NCBI GenBank assembly: GCA_044892505.1
Contig: CM097882.1
Coordinates: 333,064,001-333,128,000, forward strand
Direction of reading: 5' to 3'
DNA: 64,000 nt
Source: Schmidtea nova
Taxonomy: Eukaryota
The notes below the pieces were generated by a model. It was not told the origin of the DNA. It did not search any database and saw only the letters and a program-made list of their open reading frames with translations. Each line of letters starts with the position of its first letter. Position 1 is the first letter of the stretch. Made by a program: the position numbers and the translations under genes. This document shows positions 1-12,200 of the stretch, piece after piece.

Positions 1-843
1 AGTAAGCTTTATTTGACTGTGATTGATTGTGGACCGAGTCGTTTCGCTTGTGGAGGGAAATAAGAAGTGAAGATGCGGAGACCATTACACGGAACCTTGA
101 ACAGATCTTCAGAGAACGAGGTTCCCCTGATGAACTGGTGATCGACAATGCGACTTCATTTCGGTCAACACAAATGAAAGCACTGTGCTACAAATGGGGT
201 GTAAAATGTGTTTTTCGATGTGCTTATTGGCCTTCCGGAAACGGTATAATAGAACGAAACCATCGTACTATTAAACGTATGGCAGCCAGAACCAACAAGG
301 AAGTATTGGACATGGTATACTGGTACAACCTAGCACCTAATGACAAATGCGGAACGCCTCCATCCTCATCCGTGTTTTCATATTAGTGGAAAGGAGTTGG
401 CGCACGTAATACAGAAGAGAAGACACAGTATACTTCGTTCCAAGTTGGCGATGCAGTTTACGTTAAACCACCAAATGCGAAATGCACCTCAACATGGGGT
501 GAGGGGAGTGTAACGAAGGTAAATTCATCGACCAACTTCGAAATCAACGGGATACCGCGCCACTATTCTGACATACGACCGGCTGTCAACGAAGTGTCAG
601 TGGATAACAACAACGATGAAGTACTAACAGGCGTTGATAATCCAACACTCGACTCATTGCGCCGAGATGAACGTAGAGGCAGGACCAGAAGACCTCGATA
701 TCTTGATGATTTTGAAACAAGTTTTAACGAGAACGAAGACGAAAATCACGGGGAGATGTAAAGGTTTGTTTGAATACGCAGAAATTTGAGTATAATAGAT
801 TTTTAAAATAAAGCGTAATTTTCTTGTCTTTATAGAAACAACA
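1..843 (+). mobile_element. 3' end of compact LTR retrotransposon family A (integrase C-terminus, PPT, 87-bp 3' LTR at 757-843)
   Basis: Integrase core (DNATSF..., [14 protein letters not shown]). Near-identical to 51258-52101. PPT GGGGAGA then TGTAAAG...AACAACA. Confidence 0.95.
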
Positions 844-1006
844 GTATTGAATTGAGCGTGATATTTTGAATCGTGTAAATCATTGTAATAGTCAAAAAAA
901 GTTTGTGTTATTGAAAGTGTTATTTGGGTCAATTAAAGGCACGCTTTGGAGTCAGATATTTGATTGGTAACTTTTAGCATTTCACCAACAACCCCAGAAC
1001 CCAACA
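844..1006 (+). repeat. Probable 3' part of an older LTR interrupted by family A
   Basis: Ends AACCCAACA|ATATT, like the solo LTR ending at 42679, and has a similar TTGTGT/ATTAAAG-rich U5-like composition. Confidence 0.4.
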
Positions 1007-3637
1007 ATATTCATAAAAAATAGTTTCGAATAAAGAGAAAAATAATCAGTTGAAATATTTGATGTGGAAAAAATATTCAAGTGAAATTCTCATCGAAATA
1101 TTGTGAAAATTATAAGTCAATTTATTGATGGAAATATTATAAAAAGAAACTTGTACTTGTACTTGTAGACACCAGAAATCTGATTGCATCTAGTAAAAGT
1201 ACACTAGTTTTTTCGTCAATTTTTATTGCAAACGTCAGCCTAATCTAGAATTGTCCCCATTTATTCCATATCATGGTCTAATAATTCTTCAAAATTTTTA
1301 GCTTTAATAAAGACTGCTTTAATAATAAGTCTATGGATTTACACGTAGCTTCATCTCATGTTTCCTCGAAATAGAATGACCGATTATCTGACCTTAGTCT
1401 TGATCAGTCTACGCAGTCAAAAGTGTTACTCATTTTCTTTCCTTAATTTACGTTTGGGAAATTTGATCGTCGTTTAACTTTGAAATGCATTAAAATAGGT
1501 TGGTATATAGCGAGGAACGCGAATCTGCTTTCTTTTATTTGATATAGATATTTCCCAACTGACAGATTTCACTATTAAAGGTTTTGAAAATCGGAAAAAG
1601 GGATTTTTCATCAACGAGTATGTTAAATCACATTGCAAAACCATGGCTTTTTGAGGAAACTTATAGATCAAAAGTTGAAAGGCAGAGATAAATTCAATTA
1701 CGAATGAGAGGAGTATTGCCACTGAGAAGTATCTAGCCAAAAAAATAATTTACAAAAACATAATCCTATTACAACACTGTTGGAGTACCAGTTTGGAGTA
1801 AGACTCTTATCAACTTTGACTTTTATTTGTGAAAAGTTATCTGATTTGTTGAACAATTTTTTGATGAATTTTATTGACATGATATATAATTTAGACAAAT
1901 TATTTTAATAATTCGTTGTTTAAATGCTTCATTATTATTTATATTGTAATATAAAAATTTTAAAATTAATTATGTGAAACTATATAATTTTTCATATATT
2001 TGTGTGACTTTGCCACAAAACAGTGTTAAGTTTTTATTGTTTATGTTAATTTTATATTTTAATTATAAATTTTAATTAAAATCTTGACTATGTACAATTA
2101 AGGTTTTGTGATTTTTTTAAACCAAATTATTAATAATTAAAAGATCACGTTAACATAATCAAACAAAAATAAAACATTAAAAATAAAAATTAACACTTAA
2201 ATGTCAAGGTCACGCAAATATATAAGAAGCAAAAATTCACAATTTCAATAGCTTTTAAACTAAACATAAAACAAGAATTCCAGCAAAAATTACTGTTGAA
2301 AAATATGTTAAGGATGTTAAGTAAAAAGTCTCCCTAAATTAAAATATTATATTTTTGTTAAAATCATTCCAATATTTGACATGCACTTCATATGCTTATT
2401 ATATATTCAGGCACTGATATCATTAATATTTTATGGTTATAATGAAATGAGAACTAGTGACAGGACAATCGGATCAGCAGATTGAAACAATTAATTGATT
2501 GCAACTGATTTAGTCATAAAAAATAATTAATTAATTTACAACATTTAATCGAAAATGATTTATCCAAACTGAGAGATTGATAATTGTTATCGTAAACTAG
2601 AAGTTATTTAATAAAACTTTTAAAATATTTTAAAAATAAATTTATTTTTTAATCATAATTAATTCATAAATTATATGGTTTCCTGTGGATTTTCACACGT
2701 AGGAATTTTTAGCCATTATTTTTACTGTTAATCTATGTAAAAAAATTAAATTCCGGACTTCGCCAGCAACGAAAAATAGAACTGAACATATGACTGTATT
2801 TTCGACGTCATAGATTTCAATATAAAGATCACAGAGCTCATAATCGGCATTGATATCGCTATTTTACGCATGATGGAATTCCCAATTCTTTTGTTTTGAT
2901 AAATAAATTTTTACAAAGGTAGAGATGAAAACCGGGTGAGATATGAATAATTTTTTGATTAAAAATCAAATTTTAAATTTTTGCTAAAATTATTTAAATA
3001 CTCTTCATAATAAGAAAAAACAAAAAAATCTATATTTGCTTATATAAGAAAAATATATTATCAATAAATCACAAATTTTGTTTAGATAGATAATTTTTCC
3101 ACAAATTTATCTAAGTAACAGATAATTACAAGTTTCAGTATTTCAGCTATTAAGTTCGAATTTTTTTCTAAATCGTATTTTCACCACCAACTATTTCATA
3201 CCAGTTAATAATTCGCTAATAGAAATCTTAATTAGGTTAAGTTGTGTGACCTTTATCTGATTTTTTTTTGAAATAAATACGTAAAATTATATTTTATTTA
3301 TTAGCATGAATTTACAGGACAGGAAATTCCGTGTTAATAAATAAAGGTATAGATCTATAGTCTGACAAGAAATGTAGATAAAGAAAATTTAAAATATAAA
3401 TCAATGGTGAAAAGAAAAAAAGACTTCAATTGAATCTCATACGCAATATGGTATTCAAAAAGTTGAATTTATAATATTTTTGTGTAATTAATATCATATA
3501 TTAGTGGTTAAAATGGAAACTTATGGAACTCTAAGTAATTTTTTTCGCATTATTTTTATGAGTTTGAAAATAGAAATATAGCATTTTTTGAGAAATTAAT
3601 TTAGAACAAATAGATTTCTGGATGATATAACAAAATA

Positions 3638-3712
3638 CAGGTCAAATCTCGTTGTAACGAAGCTCACGGGACTGAGTATATTGTTTCGTTATACTGAAAA
3701 TTTGTTATAGTG

Positions 3713-3796
<84 letters not shown>

Positions 3797-3879
3797 GGAA
3801 GTTCGTCGGGGACAAATTATAGATTTGTTATACTGGAAATTTCGTTACTTCGGTATTCGTTACATCGAGATTTGACCTG
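3638..3879. mobile_element. Tc1/mariner-pogo type MITE with internal (TA)n
   Basis: TIR CAGGTCAAATCTCG(T/A)TGTAACGAA at both ends, TA on both flanks, and a ~75-nt TA microsatellite inside. Confidence 0.9.
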
Positions 3880-5008
3880 TATAACGAAACATTAATATAA
3901 GAATTTTATTCAAAATTACTATCACTTATTCATGATTTACGTAAAACATGTTCGTTTTTGCTGTTTAATAAAACTTAAATAAAAAGACAACTAATAATAT
4001 GAGAATCTCCCTCTCGTTTAACGGGTTCAAAAGCCCCTCTGTATAATTCTTTTCATGTCCACCCCAACTCTTTTTTCCCCATTAATGAGAGTTATCGTTC
4101 ATAAATAGTGAATTTAATCAACACTTTCTCTAAATAAAATGATCAATGAAAAGTAATTATCAACAGAATAGCAATGTCAAAACTATTAATTCTGAAATGT
4201 TTATTTATAATCTCTTAAAAACCGTAGCAAAAGTAGTTAAAATAAATCGATATTGACTCAAGAATGCGAAAATAGTTAAATGTTCAGTTCCAGTTTCCAT
4301 ATTAGATACTTACGCTAGTTTTGATTGAATTGGAACGGTTCTTTTACAGATCACGATGATGAAAATGAACGGGTTATCTATCTCTTATGGCTCACATTTT
4401 ATGAGTAAACATGAACTTGGCTATTACATTACTTTATTATTTCATTAATCACTTTAAACACTATTTATATTGAAAAGAATTAAAATTAACAATAGACTAT
4501 AAGGCAATAACTTTTATTTTAAAAACCAAGAAACCTCTAATACCGCAATTTTAAACATGGATTAACTACCTTAGCGGTTACAGAATGCAATATAGAAAAA
4601 AGAAAAGGTCGTTTTAATAAAAACTGAAATAAATAAATTATAGATACCTGAAGTAAAAAGAGAAGATTTTATTTAAAATTATGTGACGTTGATTATAAAA
4701 AGGTCGAGAAATATATATTTTTCAAGCGTCAACATCATCCAATTTTGTTATCAATCCGAACGGTCAGTAAATGCAAACACGTGCCAAGTTGACATGACAC
4801 AACTACTTGCACGATTGCTCTACGTACCCTTGGTGTTAAGAAAACAGAATATTTAACAGAATTTCGTTCCCGTATTAAAGCAAATGAGCAATTAGTGATA
4901 AATGTAAAGAAAGTCATAAAACTGATGATTTTCTATGTATGGAACATTTTATGAACAATAAACCAAAATACTAGACAGCTCCTCATAATATATGATAAAT
5001 GGTCAGAG

Positions 5009-5707
5009 CAGCGGCGGAACTACTGGACACAGGACCCTGCGTTGCGGGGGGGCCTACCAGCTATAGGGGTCCCTCATATAAAAAAATTATACTCTCAATA
5101 ATATTTATACTATAAAACTCTTTTCCGCAGGTATAGTGGGCCCTGAAATATAAAACTTGGATAAAAAAAATGTCATCCATCGTATTTAAATATATTGTTC
5201 AAAAATTTATTTTTGTATTGGAGTGCGTAATTTACATTTAAACGAAAAGTTTTAACCTTTTTAAAATTGCATACGCAATTGAGAAATAAAGTACGATTAT
5301 CAGCTGCGAACTGCCAGATTTTATTGTATAGTTAATTTTTATACCGTTATGTTGTGTTTGTGTATGAATTTGACAATTAGACTGAATTCGGTAAAAGTAA
5401 TAATTTGTTGCGTATAAATTTTTTTTAAACTGTAAGAAGTTCTTCAATTTATAAGTTCTTAGTTGCATATTCAATATTTTTAAAATATAAACAATATTAT
5501 TTGTTATGTCGTTGCATATACAAATTAACTTTTAAATGTATGTTCTCATTTTCAATTTTATATTAAATCTTCCGTTGTAATAAGTTAACTTTTCATTTCT
5601 TATTTTATCTGAATTTAATTAAATATCTATTTAATATGTGAAGTTTTATTTTTTTAAAAAAAAACATTCTTTTGCGGGGAGGCCCAAATTTTGAAGTTCC
5701 GCCACTG
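5009..5707. mobile_element. Non-autonomous hAT element
   Basis: TIRs CAG(C/T)GGCGGAACT. Perfect 8-bp TSD GGTCAGAG (5001-5008 and 5708-5715). Confidence 0.92.
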
Positions 5708-5767
5708 GGTCAGAGTACATTAAATGATATTTTTTACTGAATTATAATTATTCAACATTATTTTCAG

Positions 5768-6218
5768 CCAATAGATCATAATGGATACTGTCATTTTATT
5801 ACTGCTTACTTGGGAGAAAACTTCCCTCAGTCAATCCGAGATAAACTATTTCTTTCATTTATGAGACGTCATTCGAACCTGGAGCTTTATAACTGTGAAC
5901 AAAACAAGGCAACCACATTAAAATCGAAAGCTATTGAAGATAATACTAAAAAGATAGTTTGCGAGAATAGAATTCGAAACAATAGTTTAAATGCAACTGG
6001 CACTAATGCAATATTGAGTAACTTTTCTGAAAGGTTAAGCGCTCTTGCTCATAGCTCCTCAATTTTAACATCAAAATCTATTTTTTCACCATATGTTTGC
6101 CACAAGAATTTTCAATGTTGTCAATCTTCAATTTCACATCAGAGATGTCGGACTCTGCCTCTTAATCATATCGATTCTACTTTTAATGTTTTCGGAAAAA
6201 AGTATAAGTCGAACTTAG
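5768..6218 (+). CDS. dgk: DGK exon: N-terminal domain ([31 protein letters not shown]...) plus linker
   Basis: Acceptor TTTTCAG ends at 5767, the frame is open, and donor AG|GTATTT begins at 6219 (phase 1). The peptide resembles the [30 protein letters not shown] motif of vertebrate DGK-beta. The exact 3' boundary is less certain. Confidence 0.75.
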
Positions 6219-9200
6219 GTATTTTTCTATTATTAATTGTATTAATTTATTCACATTTATAACAGGTTCCGCTCATAGTCACCCATCTCTTGTTACGCAT
6301 GCTATTCAGCCTATATTTTCCAACGAGGACACTCCGATTCATCACTCACGCTCTTCCTCTAAAAAGTCAGGTATATCCAGTTATGCTTTTCTTTAATTTA
6401 AAAAATTTCTAATTTCTAATTGATATTTAATTTTAATGCTGCAGAAATTTTTAACTGTTGGCACTTTATTAAATTTTATAAAATAATTATCCAAATTAAA
6501 TTAAATTTTTCAAGTAATATCTCTGACTCCTCATGCTGTTGGATATCAATATATAAAACTTTAATTACGTCACAGCATGACACTATACGCTTTTATTCAC
6601 TTCACTCAATTATTCGTTTTAGTTGCTATATATTAAAGCCAATCTTCTCCAGCTGCTGCTAAATATTTATTATTTTGATTTTTAATACTTTGCTCCCTAT
6701 CGGAACACTGTTATCGCAAGCTACATTTGGGCAATTGACGTGAATATCTCCTGTTTCTCTACATGCCCAACACTGCTTCAATTGATCAATGCCCACTTGA
6801 AATCTTATGTTTTGGAATCGGGTGCGGCGTGGGTTTTGTAAAAATTTCCCCTCTGCTATATTTGATATTTGTTCTTCCAATGTTCTTTCTTGAGAATTTA
6901 TTATAAGTTTCAGGATATCTTCCTTTAAAACTTTGAGAGCACTGATTGGAATTATCATTGTATTGATTATTCTCAGGCCTCCTTTTGTTCCAGTCTTGAC
7001 CTGTTGTCATTGTTGCAGCTTTTGCATAATTTTTTATCTGATTCTTTTATTCAATTGTCGTGATATTTCCTGTCTACATTTCTCGTTTTACGTTGTCCTT
7101 TTTGATTTTTCTTTGGTGCTTTCGAAAGTTTTAATATATATCATTTTTATATTTTTTAACTTATGGGTTTTCTAAAGCATTTCGTATAATCAATACCTTC
7201 AAATCTTCATTTAATTTGTCTCAAAAGGTTTTGACAAAATTTTCTATTTTTCAATATTTGAATCCGAATATCTTCTCTACACTAAAGCAGCTTTTAATCA
7301 TTTACTAAATTAGCTGGTTTAACGAATGCTGATTTCCATATGCTTTTATAAATTTCTTCTATGCTTGCTGAATAATATTTTCCTGTGACTTTAATTGCCA
7401 AAAATGACTTTATAAATATTCCACGATGTTCTTCAGCCGTCTGAGTTTTTTGGAAGTACTTTTCCATTTTCCAAAAAATTTTCTCTTTCGTCTTCAAATG
7501 TTGAAAATTTCTGACGGTTTAATAAATTTCATCATATACGTGGTCGCCATATTAAAGTCATTGATCCTATTTTATAAAATGGTGAATTCTTGGTAGCAGC
7601 ATTAATTAAATAATTAATAAATAACAAAATAAGCCTTTGGTGCAAAATTTTTATTAAGTGAAAATTTTCGATTATAAAATAATCCTTATCAATCTCTTAT
7701 TCAGAATAATTTTGCTCATAATTAACAATTTGAAGATTTTCCATTATTAAAATGACCTCTTCTAAACCATGGAGAATTAATTAATGCATTTTGATATTTT
7801 GAGCGATGTTAACAGACGTCAATCATTCACACATTAATTAATATTTACAGTTAACTAGTGATTTATTTATTTTATATACATATTTCTATAAAAATATTTG
7901 TCGGGTGACGGTTTGTTTTTAAATTAAACAGTTAATAAAATTTAAAGCCTAGTGGTACCCAGTTTCGATCTTTTGGCTCTCATCAGTGCTATGTAGGAGA
8001 CGCGAATATTACTCTTCTCGCTAGGTAAGTATAAAACAAAGCTGGAGCATCTTCACTGGATATCACATCACTTGGATTTGCCAGGCCTTACAGATAATCT
8101 GTAAACATGCAAATCACTTGAAATATTTTTAAAAAGATATTTTAAGTGATTGATATAAAAAAGCTAAGGCAGTCGGATGCGCTTTGCGAACAGTTTTTCT
8201 GTTAAACTGCTAGTGCACATAGGCGAATATAATTTTCATATGCCATGTTTGCAAGTTTATAGTTTAACTGTAAGGCCTTGCATATACAAGTGATGTGTTA
8301 TCCAATGTACCAAGAAAGTATTCAATAAAATTGTTCCAACTTTGTTTTATACTCTTCTGGCCTGAAGAGCAATTTTCGCGTCTTCTGCATAAATCGAGTC
8401 TCCGAAAGCTCAAAACTAGTCTGCTTTTGAGGTTTTGCAGTGGATATCACAAAGCTTAACCTTTAATACATTTTACAAATAAATGTATTTTTAAATTTAT
8501 CTCTCATTATTATTGATTGTTCAAAAAACATCTTTTTTTGGAATTCTAAAATGATACCGGTTTTTCTTTCAGATGCATACAAAGATAGCACAGCTTGAAT
8601 AGCGACATTTATTGTTGGAGCATTGAAAGTTTCAAACACGAGTTGAGTCATTTTTCCTCTGTTGTCATTTGGATTGATAAGAGCTTTAACAACAATGGGC
8701 GTTCTTCGTGAGCTATTATCAAATTATGAAGTCGTAATTTATCTGTAATTTCTACAGCAAACATTACATTAGGCGGATCTTGTTTATTGGCAAACACAAG
8801 AATCACTATATCTTTGATATCTTCCATTTCCAGCATTTTATGTAACTAATCTGCAACTTATTATCTCATCTGTATCCTTAAAAGCAGTCATGCATATTAC
8901 GTCTATCATACATGATTGAATTTCCTTTGTTAATAGCAAAGAATTATAAAAATATTCGAAGACGATAAAAACTTTTATTTCATTTTGAAATCCAAAATTC
9001 AACAATACTTAAAATCATTTCAAGTCTTACTGTAATATACATCAAAAAATACAAATTTGATTTAATCAAACAAAAACCTTATTAAACCTAATTATTATTA
9101 ATATCACTAATTCCCATAATGGTAAGACTATAGATCAATATTTCTTTAAACAAGTACACAATATTTCGGCACAGCCTTTATCAAGTGTGTATTGGTATAC

Positions 9201-12200
9201 ACACTTGATAAAGGCTGTGTCGGAATATTGTGTACTTGTTTAAAGAAATATTGATCTATAGTCTTACCATAATGGGAATTAGTGATATTAATATTAAAAG
9301 AAGATCAGAGGTGAAACAAAAAGATAATTATAAACCTAATTAAGTTTAAAAATTCTAAAAAAACGCAAAAATTTATCTTATTNNNNNNNNNNNNNNNNNN
9401 NNNNNNNNNNNNNNNNNNNNNNNNNNNNNNNNNNNNNNNNNNNNNNNNNNNNNNNNNNNNNNNNNNNNNNNNNNNNNNNNNNNNNNNNNNNNNNNNNNNN
9501 NNNNNNNNNNNNNNNNNNNNNNNNNNNNNNNNNNNNNNNNNNNNNNNNNNNNNNNNNNNNTCTTCAGCCGTCTGAGNNNNNNNNNNNNNNNNNNNNNNNN
9601 NNNNNNNNNNNNNNNNNNNNNNNNNNNNNNNNNNNNNNNNNNNNNNNNNNNNNNNNNNNNNNNNNNNNNNNNNNNNNNNNNNNNNNNNNNNNNNNNNNNN
9701 NNNNNNNNNNNNNNNNNNNNNNNNNNNNNNNNNNNNNNNNNNNNNNNNNNNNNNNNNNNNNNNNNNNNNNNNNNNNNNNNNNNNNNNNNNNNNNNNNNNN
9801 NNNNNNNNNNNNNNNNNNNNNNNNNNNNNNNNNNNNNNNNNNNNNNNNNNNNNNNNNNNNNNNNNNNNNNNNNNNNNNNNNNNNNNNNNNNNNNNNNNNN
9901 NNNNNNNNNNNNNNNNNNNNNNNNNNNNNNNNNNNNNNNNNNNNNNNNNNNNNNNNNATTTGAATACAGTAAAACATGTCGATTTTTAATTTCTGTATCA
10001 TTATAAATAACAATAATAGTTCTCTTTTTCACCACGGGGCCTTATTCACCATGAAGCTTTTAATATTATTTTTTTAGAATTATTGAAATTTAAATCAAAA
10101 TCTTTCAGATAAAAAAATTGAGAACGAAATCGTTAGTGAAAAATCAGTTCTGTCTTTGTCGAAATCAAATAACTTAGATCTCGTTAATAGGCCTTTGACG
10201 GAACATGACAAAATTGACATGAAAGATTTGTTATGTTACTTGAGTTTACTGGAATCCGGAAAACCGGAAGATAAATTGGAGTTTATGTTCCGCTTATATG
10301 ACACCGATGGAAACGGAGTTCTGGATAAATCTGTGAGAATTTATTTATGTTCAAGTTTAAAATTTTAATATAGTTTTGTGGATTAAATTATTCTTGTAAT
10401 GAAGTTATATTAACCAAAAATTAAATATACCTATTTGATTTAATTGTTAAATCTGTTGATCCATTCATTCTCATATTGGATGAATTGATTTTGAATTGGT
10501 CTTTCTCATTTAGATAATTCCACAAGACAACTCGTTAAATATTTTCTCTACAGCAGCGTTTCTCAAAGTATGCTCCGCGGAGCCCTGGGGATCCGTGAGC
10601 TATCTAAAAGGGCTCCGCGGATCCCATAATCACATTTGAAATAAAAATTATAAATTTAAATCACCTAAAAATTAAATTATAATTTAAAAAAAATTAACTT
10701 ATAATTATTACTAATTCATATATGAAATTAATTTGTTGTTTTGAAATATTCAGATTTACTTAATTTGAACTAAAAAAATATGTAACTGTTAACAGTTAAC
10801 TCAATATAGTGTGCTACGCCTACTAGAGAACTAACAGTACAGTGAGTAAGTTATGCTATTGGTCAATTATAGTTATTACGATTTGAGTATTTGTTACAAT
10901 ACAAAATCATTAAAACTGCAACAGTTGTCTTAAGTATACGTGTGGCATTATATTTTAATTTTTATTAAAAATCACTGAATTTTAGCAAAAAAATTATTTC
11001 AAGTGAAGTTGAAGAATATTAAGGTAGTAGCTATCTTTTATTTATTTCTTTAAATTACTTATATATATTAGCCGAGTTTTATTTTATTAATTGCTATAAA
11101 TTACACTACTTGTATATACGTTATAAAGGATGGATCGTTGGCTAATTAAAGGTACGTCGAAAGACACAAGATCTCAGCAATCACCTGAACCGTCTACATC
11201 CAAAAATATCAAAATAGTGGCAACTTGCATAGATCTAGAAAAAGAGGAATTTGCTCGCAATGCGAGTGAATTACGTGAGCCTGCCATTAAGAAACGGAGA
11301 TATGATGAAAGCTATTTATCTCTTGGTTTTATAGATGCTAATAATGTGCCTCAATGTTTCTTATGCAGCAAGCTTTTTACAAATAGTGCTATGGTGCCCG
11401 CTAAAATGCGTCGTCATTTGGAAACCGTACATCCAGAGTTTAAACATAAGAAAGTTGATTATTTTATTCGTATGCGTGATGAGCTCTTAAACCGCCAACG
11501 CCTAATTGTTTCAACTTTTAAAACTAGAAATGAGAAGGTCACTGAAGCATCTTACATTGTTAGTTATCGTATTGCACTAGCAGGCGAAGCTCATACAATA
11601 GATGAGACATTGATCAAGCCTTGTGCAGTCGATATAGCTAAATGTATATTTGATGAAAAGTTGGCAAAAGAAATTACAGATGTGCCGCTATCCAATGACA
11701 CGGTAGCTCGTCGAATTAAAGATTTAGCTGCCAACGTGAAGTCTCAATTGATATTTCGTCTGAAGTGTTGTAATTTTTCTCTACAAATGGACGAAAGCAC
11801 AGATGTAGCTGGACTTGCAGTCTTGCTTGTTTTTGTCCGATATCAGCACATAAATTTACTTGAAGAGGATCTTCTTTTGTGTGAACCATTGCCAAATAAC
11901 ACAACTGGTGCCGAAATATTTAATATCGTGGATAATTTTTTTAAGACTCATGGTTTAGATTGGAAAAATTGTGTTGCTATCTGCACTGATGGTGCAAAGG
12001 CAATGGTAGGAAAAACTGCTGGCACTGTCGCTAAGATCAAGAATTTATCACCAAACTGCAACAATAGCCATTGCATTCTTCACCGCCAAGCACTTGCAGT
12101 AACAAAAATGCCAATGTTATTGAAAAATGTCCTTGACGAGTCTATAAAGATCATAAATTTCATTAAGTCGCGACCCCTGCAATCACGGCTTTTCAAGATT

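Noticed and set aside
3710-3895. YIYIYI ORFs (also 14595-14936, 14699-14881, 34836-35051)
   Set aside because: Translations of (TA)n microsatellites.
4350-4372. Possible 23-nt DGK micro-exon (D)HDDENER, and a possible exon near 3318-3346
   Set aside because: Phases could fit, but the donor (GTTATC) is weak and there is no recognisable homology. Not reportable without transcripts.
9373-10035. ORFs running through N runs (also 39817-40222)
   Set aside because: These are artefacts of translating gaps. The 16-nt island at 9561-9576 duplicates 7431-7446 and is best explained by gap filling or masking.
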